Origin: Deinococcales bacterium
GTDB taxonomy: Bacteria; Deinococcota; Deinococci; Deinococcales; JAAFIG01
Assembly: GCA_031414595.1 (NCBI GenBank)
Contig: JANNVX010000098.1
Location: 64,001 to 128,000 of the forward strand
DNA: 64,000 bases
Direction of reading: 5' to 3'
Positions 58,662 to 64,000 of this stretch are shown in pieces (position 1 is the stretch's first letter; each line of letters begins with the position of its first letter). Made by a program: the position numbers and the translations under genes. The notes below the pieces were generated by a model. That model saw nothing but the letters and a program-made list of their open reading frames with translations, was not told where the DNA came from and searched no databases.

Positions 58662-59449
58662 GCTAAAACCTCTCCTTCATATATACCAATTTCGTCGGTC
58701 TCGAGAAATTTATAACGCACAGCTTTGGTTACTTTTCCATGCTCTAAGGTAAACGCCACGGCACTAAGTTGCACCGCGCCTAGAGCAACTTCGACTTTCA
58801 TCGGTAAACCCGTGCGGAGTTTATAGGTACTGGCTTCTAAACCCATGCCAATACTCGAGTCAAGCACACCAGTCATGCCAACATCACACTGAAACAACGT
58901 ACCATTGGGTAAAATTCGGGTGTCCGCTGTTGCCACATGGGTATGCGTGCCAATACAGGCGGCGATACGACCATCAAAATGATAAGCAAAACAGGTTTTT
59001 TCCGAAGTTGCCTCGGCATGAAAATCCACAAAGACCGGCGAATCGGCAGTCTCTAGGACAGTCTCGAGCGCATCATAAGGGTTATCGGTTGGCTGCATAA
59101 AAACCCGTCCGAGTAAATTCACCACCGTGATTTTTTCTGTCCCGACCGTAAATGTGCCGTAGCCACGCCCGGGTGCTTCCTTGTGGGCATTCAGAGGACG
59201 GATTAAACGGGGGTCGTCTATCAGTTGCAGGACTTCACGGTTATCCCAGGCATGATTGCCCAAGGTCACACAATGCGCCCCAGCTTTTAAGAGTGCCTCA
59301 AATGAATCCTTGTTGATGCCATGACCACCCGCCGCATTCTCGCCGTTGGCAATAATAAAATCAAAATTAGATTTGATACGCGGTAAATGGCTCGAGACCA
59401 AGTTTCGCCCAGGTTTACCAAAAACATCACCAATGAAAAGAACACGCAC
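58658..59449 (-). CDS. YmdB/TIGR00282 family metallophosphoesterase
   Basis: FIGDVFGKPG, NGEN, TLGNH, DFHAEATSEK, GTHTH. Confidence 0.92.
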   Translation of the reverse strand: MRVLFIGDVFGKPGRNLVSSHLPRIKSNFDFIIANGENAAGGHGINKDSFEALLKAGAHCVTLGNHAWDNREVLQLIDDPRLIRPLNAHKEAPGRGYGTFTVGTEKITVVNLLGRVFMQPTDNPYDALETVLETADSPVFVDFHAEATSEKTCFAYHFDGRIAACIGTHTHVATADTRILPNGTLFQCDVGMTGVLDSSIGMGLEASTYKLRTGLPMKVEVALGAVQLSAVAFTLEHGKVTKAVRYKFLETDEIGIYEGEVLA

Positions 59450-59536
59450 GGGCTAGGCTAACAAGAATTGGTACAAAGTGTGCGAACAACCGTTCAGTTG
59501 TATAGTTTACATAAATAATCAAGTATAGTCTGGGCT

Positions 59537-60430
59537 GTGAAACGAATTGCCCTGCTGATAAGCCTAATCACCTCGAGCCTCTTAATTGCCCAAGCTGCTA
59601 ACCCGATTGTCACCATCACTGACATGACCGGCGCACGCATCGAAATCAGCGATACCGCCCGAGTGGTGACATTAGGCAGCAGCTTAACCGAAATTGTCTA
59701 TGCTCTCAAAGCCGAAACCCGTTTAATTGCCGTGGATGCCACCAGCAATTACCCAAGTGTGGCAAAAAACCTAATCCAATTGCCTTCTACCCGCAGTGTT
59801 GGCATCGAAGGAATTTTAAGCACCAAACCCAGTCTAGTCCTGACCCTCGACACTGCCTTGCCAGAAACGATTGCTGCCTTGCGAAAATTTAATATCCCCA
59901 CCGTGGTCATCAGTGCCAAAGAAAACTTGGAAAATGCCGAAAATAAAATTAGGTTTGTCGCCCAAGCCTTATCGCTCGAAAGCCAAGGACAAGACCTGAT
60001 TCGCAGCTACAAAAAAGATTTAGCCCTTGCCAAAGCCAAATACTCGAGCATCCGCACCCGCCCAAAAGTGATGTTTTTGTACAGTGGCTCAAACGGCAGA
60101 ATTACGGTATCGGGACGTGACACCGCCGCCGCCGCGATTATCAAGTTGGCTGGCGGAATCAACCCATTCCAGAGTTATACCGGGTACGCCCCACTCTCCC
60201 AAGAAGCCACTTTACTGGCTAATCCAGATGCAATTTTAATGACCAACCTCGGATTCTCGAGTGTTGGCGCAGAAGGAATTCTTAAACTGCCCGGGCTTGC
60301 CAATACCACGGCGGGGCGCAACCAACGCTTTTTGGGGTTTGAAGGCAATTATTTACTTGGTTTTGGACCTAGAGTCGGAAAAGCGGTGCTGGAACTGATG
60401 TACACGCTGCACCCAGAGTTAAAAAGGTGA
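59537..60430 (+). CDS. Heme/iron ABC transporter substrate-binding protein
   Basis: RVVTLGSSLTEIVYAL, AVDATSNYP, LLGFGPR. Confidence 0.8.
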   Translation: MKRIALLISLITSSLLIAQAANPIVTITDMTGARIEISDTARVVTLGSSLTEIVYALKAETRLIAVDATSNYPSVAKNLIQLPSTRSVGIEGILSTKPSLVLTLDTALPETIAALRKFNIPTVVISAKENLENAENKIRFVAQALSLESQGQDLIRSYKKDLALAKAKYSSIRTRPKVMFLYSGSNGRITVSGRDTAAAAIIKLAGGINPFQSYTGYAPLSQEATLLANPDAILMTNLGFSSVGAEGILKLPGLANTTAGRNQRFLGFEGNYLLGFGPRVGKAVLELMYTLHPELKR

Positions 60431-60619
60431 ATTCAAAAGTTTGAGATCCACTTTCTAGATGGTACTCAATAAAGGCTCGTATGGCTTTAGGGGCAATCAC
60501 ATTCAAGAATTTCACCAAACCTAATTGTTCTGACGCAAGCACAACCAAAAGTTTATCGAGGTTGAGGCTTTGAGTCTTGAGAACCCGCAACACAGGTTGC
60601 TGCAAACCCACCGAGCTAC

Positions 60620-62542
60620 TTATGCGTAAGCCCGCACTTCGCCATCTAGCGTGACCAAATATAAAGCCCCATTGATGATTAATGGTGTGGCTTGAATACT
60701 CGAGCCGCATTGATCCGACCAAAGAATTTTGCCATCCTCGAGCCGCAGTCCTAAAATCTCACCAGCCTCGCTGCAAACATAGACAATGCCTCTGGAAATA
60801 ATTGGGCTGGCAGTGATTCGCCCCAAAGTTTGCACCGTCCACAAGTCATCGCCGTTTCCCAGTTGGACTGCCCTGACCACACCTGTTTCGGCTTGCCAGT
60901 TACAGAGAATCACGATATTGCCAAAAATAGCTGGACAAGCCCAAACTTCGCCTTCAAGGTCATATTCCCAACGGGCTTCGGATTCGGGTAGCCAACCACG
61001 TTCGGAGCGTTTTAACTCGAGGGCAGCCACTTCGCCTTGCCATGATGGAACAATTAAAAGTGCGGTTTCTTGATTTTTAGGGTCACGGACAATACTTGGC
61101 GTGGCTTGGACACCTTCAAGTCCCAATTGCCAAATTTTTTTACCATTTTGCAAATTGATTCCTGTAACACTGCCGTTTTCATCAGCGAGAATCGCACTAC
61201 CCGCCCAGATGACTGGGCTGGCAGCAAAACCAGCACTGCTCGAGAAACCCCAATCGGTTTTTCCATTTTTGAGGCTCGAGCCGCCGCCGTCTCTGCCCAC
61301 CACCAGCCATGTGTTTTTATAAGGCGTTGGGGCAGTTGCAATTTCGGCTTGTCCTTTGTGCGCCCAGAGGACTTTTTTAGATTGCCATTCGATGGCTCGA
61401 GTGATTCCGTCCCAGCCGCTAAAAATCAGTTGAGAACCATCAAAAGCGGCTGGGGCGGTCAGTTCATCTTGGGTTTGAAAATCGGCGAATACTGTACCGC
61501 TCGAGGCACTGAGCAGATTCATTTTGCCGTCCCGAGTGCCAATCGCTAGGGTGTCACCTGAGCCAGTGATGGCTGCCCCCCAACTGACTTCGCCAGACAA
61601 CTGGGTTTGCCAAATTAAACGCAAACGACTTGGTTTGGCAAGACCACCGGGATGTACCCCAGTCCGACAACGCCCACCTCGGTAATGACTGGGGAAATGT
61701 GAAGTTTTGAGCCGATCAAAAGCCTCTTCAAAGCGCTCGGCGGGATTGTTCGGGCGCTCGATAGGGTCTTTATCTAAAAACTCGAGAATCGTTTCTGAAA
61801 TGGCAACTGGCAAACTTGGGTTGTGTTCCTCGAGTGGCTTGGGCGTTTCGTAGACGTGTTGGTACAAAACCCCTTGGTCGTTATCGGCTTCAAATGGGGC
61901 AACCCCAGTGGCGCTACGGTACAGCACTGCCCCAAACGAATAAATATCAGATTTCGCCGAGATACTTGTGCCTTTGGCTTGTTCGGGTGCCATGTACTGC
62001 GGTGTGCCGAGGGTGTAGCCCGTGCGGGTTAAGTCCCGCGTGGCATCGGACACATAGACCAAACCAAAATCCATGATTCGTGGATGTCCTTGTGCATCAA
62101 TTAAAATGTTGCGTGGGGTTAAATCGCGGTGAACCAATTTAGAATCATGCAAATAAGCTAATCCTCTGGAGGCTTCTTTGGCAATCCGTAAGAACCGCTC
62201 GAGTTCTTCAGGGTTGTCTTCTAAAGGACCTAAACTCGAGATATGCCCACCAGTTAAAAGCTCCATCGTAAAAAAAGCCCGACCATCTTCTTCGCCTAGG
62301 TCGTAGATGCCAATAATATTCGGGTGCGCCAGTCTCGAGAGGGTGCGGATTTCACGCCGAAAACGCTGTCGGTCAGTCGGTGGGACATATTCGTGCAGCA
62401 CTTTTAAGGCAACATCGCGCTTGAGAATCGTGTCGTATGCCCGCCAGACCACCGCCATACCGCCTTCACCAACAGGTTCACGCAGTTGGTAACGCCCAGC
62501 CAGCAGCGTGGGTTTAGGGGACTCAGGCTCAGACACGCCCAA
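60620..62542 (-). CDS. Ser/Thr protein kinase with PQQ beta-propeller (RqkA-like)
   Basis: GEGGMAVV, VALK, HRDLTPRN, DFG, GTPQYMAPE; C-terminal PQQ-type W repeats. Confidence 0.88.
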   Translation of the reverse strand: MGVSEPESPKPTLLAGRYQLREPVGEGGMAVVWRAYDTILKRDVALKVLHEYVPPTDRQRFRREIRTLSRLAHPNIIGIYDLGEEDGRAFFTMELLTGGHISSLGPLEDNPEELERFLRIAKEASRGLAYLHDSKLVHRDLTPRNILIDAQGHPRIMDFGLVYVSDATRDLTRTGYTLGTPQYMAPEQAKGTSISAKSDIYSFGAVLYRSATGVAPFEADNDQGVLYQHVYETPKPLEEHNPSLPVAISETILEFLDKDPIERPNNPAERFEEAFDRLKTSHFPSHYRGGRCRTGVHPGGLAKPSRLRLIWQTQLSGEVSWGAAITGSGDTLAIGTRDGKMNLLSASSGTVFADFQTQDELTAPAAFDGSQLIFSGWDGITRAIEWQSKKVLWAHKGQAEIATAPTPYKNTWLVVGRDGGGSSLKNGKTDWGFSSSAGFAASPVIWAGSAILADENGSVTGINLQNGKKIWQLGLEGVQATPSIVRDPKNQETALLIVPSWQGEVAALELKRSERGWLPESEARWEYDLEGEVWACPAIFGNIVILCNWQAETGVVRAVQLGNGDDLWTVQTLGRITASPIISRGIVYVCSEAGEILGLRLEDGKILWSDQCGSSIQATPLIINGALYLVTLDGEVRAYA

Positions 62543-62571
62543 CAGTCTAACGCAACTACCTTAAGTTTTTC

Positions 62572-62620
62572 CCTTTCGCCCTTCGCCCTTCACCTTTCGC
62601 CTTTCGCCCTTTGCCTTTCG
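62572..62620. repeat. Heptamer tandem repeat (CCYTTCG-like x7)
   Basis: cctttcg cccttcg cccttca cctttcg cctttcg ccctttg cctttcg. Confidence 0.85.
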
Positions 62621-62645
62621 CCTATTTTTGTCTTAAACTAAATCC

Positions 62646-63149
62646 ATGCACCTTTACTTACTTCGTCATGCTCACACCGAAGACCTCGAGCTTGGACATT
62701 TAGACCAAAACCGCAAACTGACCCTCAAGGGACACGACCAAGCCAAAAGCCTACGCCGTACCCTGCAAACGCTCGAGATACACTTTGATACGGTCATCTC
62801 GAGTCCTTGGCGACGCGCTAGGCAAACCGCCAGTGCTTTAGAAAGTATCTCTGAAAATCTCGAGGTTTCGGATTTATTGGCAGCCTCACCTAGCCAAGCC
62901 CTACTGCATTTAATTGCCAAACAAAGCCAGACCAACCAGTGTCTACTTTTGATTGGACATCAACCATGGATGAGCCAACTGACCAGCCAACTCTTGACCA
63001 ACAACTCAAGTTTTGAAATGGCGTTTGAATACAAAAAATGCAGCCTGTACGCGCTCGAGTACAACGCACCTCCGTCGAACGAGTACAACCCCGAACACAC
63101 TTATTTACGTTTTATTTTGCCGCCTGGAGTGCTGAGGCGATTATTCTGA
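62646..63149 (+). CDS. sixA: SixA-type phosphohistidine phosphatase
   Basis: LYLLRHA, R.LT.KG, SSPW.RARQTA, LIGHQP. Confidence 0.85.
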   Translation: MHLYLLRHAHTEDLELGHLDQNRKLTLKGHDQAKSLRRTLQTLEIHFDTVISSPWRRARQTASALESISENLEVSDLLAASPSQALLHLIAKQSQTNQCLLLIGHQPWMSQLTSQLLTNNSSFEMAFEYKKCSLYALEYNAPPSNEYNPEHTYLRFILPPGVLRRLF

Positions 63150-64000
63150 GTACCACCGCGTTGCAATTCGTTAGCTTCTAAGAACAATGCTCGTCCGAAG
63201 GCTTTGCGAAATAAATCACCATGTTTGGAAGCCTCCCAGAGTTCGACTCGAGGGGTTTGAGCCGCAATTAAGCCAATCGTAATCCGTTCTTTTTCGATTT
63301 TTAGGCTTAAGTCCTGTACCCGTCCAGAACGCGAACGCTCGAGGTATTCGGCTAAACGCAAGCATGCGGCTAATCGCAGCAAACGTATTTCGTCATCTGG
63401 CTCGAGAATACGTTTGAACTGACCAAGTTTTGGGTCGCCCTTACGGTGATACTGCACCAACAATGCCAGTAAAATCTGCTCACGATGGGTAAAACCCGGC
63501 ATTTGGGTGTTCAGCACCAAGTACGCGCCATGCTTATGATGGTCATGGTAGGACACCGCCATGCCAATGTCGTGCAAAGAAGCCGCCGCATCGAGCAGCC
63601 GCGCCTCTGAAGCCCCATACCGATGAATTGGCTCGAGTGCCATAAACAACTTTCTGGAGAGTTTTCGCACATGCTGGGTATGATTTTCGTCTTGAGGATA
63701 ATGGGCAAATAAGTTCTGAACACTAAAAACCCGAACCTCTGGCAGTAAATGCGGTACTCGAGGCACAAATTCTTTGTAAAACGCCCCTTCACGCACCCCC
63801 TGCCCAGAAATAATCAGACTTTTAGCCCCGATTTCACGCAAAACCGTGCGGTAGACCAATGCCCCAGCCAAAATTGCATCGGCACGGTCAGCATGAATTC
63901 CAGAAATAATGGCGCGCTCATTAGTCGGTAAATCGAGTAAGCGCTGAATTAAACTTTCCAAAGCATCGCGTTTTAATTCGTAGCCATGCAGGGCATCAAG
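63101..64000 (-). CDS. ppx: Ppx/GppA exopolyphosphatase (C-terminal part; starts outside the window)
   Basis: DRADAILAGA, SGQGVREG, LHDIG...HHKHGAY HD domain. Confidence 0.88.
   Translation of the reverse strand, partial: LDALHGYELKRDALESLIQRLLDLPTNERAIISGIHADRADAILAGALVYRTVLREIGAKSLIISGQGVREGAFYKEFVPRVPHLLPEVRVFSVQNLFAHYPQDENHTQHVRKLSRKLFMALEPIHRYGASEARLLDAAASLHDIGMAVSYHDHHKHGAYLVLNTQMPGFTHREQILLALLVQYHRKGDPKLGQFKRILEPDDEIRLLRLAACLRLAEYLERSRSGRVQDLSLKIEKERITIGLIAAQTPRVELWEASKHGDLFRKAFGRALFLEANELQRGGTQNNRLSTPGGKIKRK

Noticed and set aside
60369-60722. 117-aa minus-strand ORF between the ABC binding protein and the kinase
   Set aside because: Overlaps both flanking genes and has no recognisable motif or RBS

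Overview
Bacterial chromosomal segment, most likely Deinococcota (Deinococcales-like). This rests on the Nuo/Nqo sequences, an EF-P with the HQKIGRGGA loop and an RqkA-type kinase-PQQ protein. The left half holds a complete complex I operon (nuoA-N, 3045-29646) stretched to ~26.6 kb. About 24 co-oriented accessory genes sit in four of its gene junctions (D/E, F/G, G/H, H/I), and GTAG-type REP elements sit in four others. The cargo includes two putative type II R-M pairs, Uma2 nucleases, VapBC, HicBA and four paralogous 'small protein + retropepsin-like protease' pairs. Several cargo blocks are bounded by diverged duplicates of host gene ends. A type I R-M locus (37137-45023) shows the same pattern: two alternative cargo alleles (NYN nuclease, HigA) are stacked in tandem and joined exactly at a CTCGAG, and a RAYT lies between hsdM and hsdS. 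CTCGAG is extremely over-represented across the window, like cyanobacterial HIP1. The best candidate for a new system is integrase-free, homology/CTCGAG-assisted stacking of defence/TA cassettes inside core operons. Secondary candidates are a protease-based two-gene module and an NYN nuclease preceded by a promoter-small RNA-terminator unit. The rest is ordinary housekeeping genes. No rRNA, tRNA, CRISPR array or integrase was seen. All annotations come from motif recognition by eye; no searches were run.
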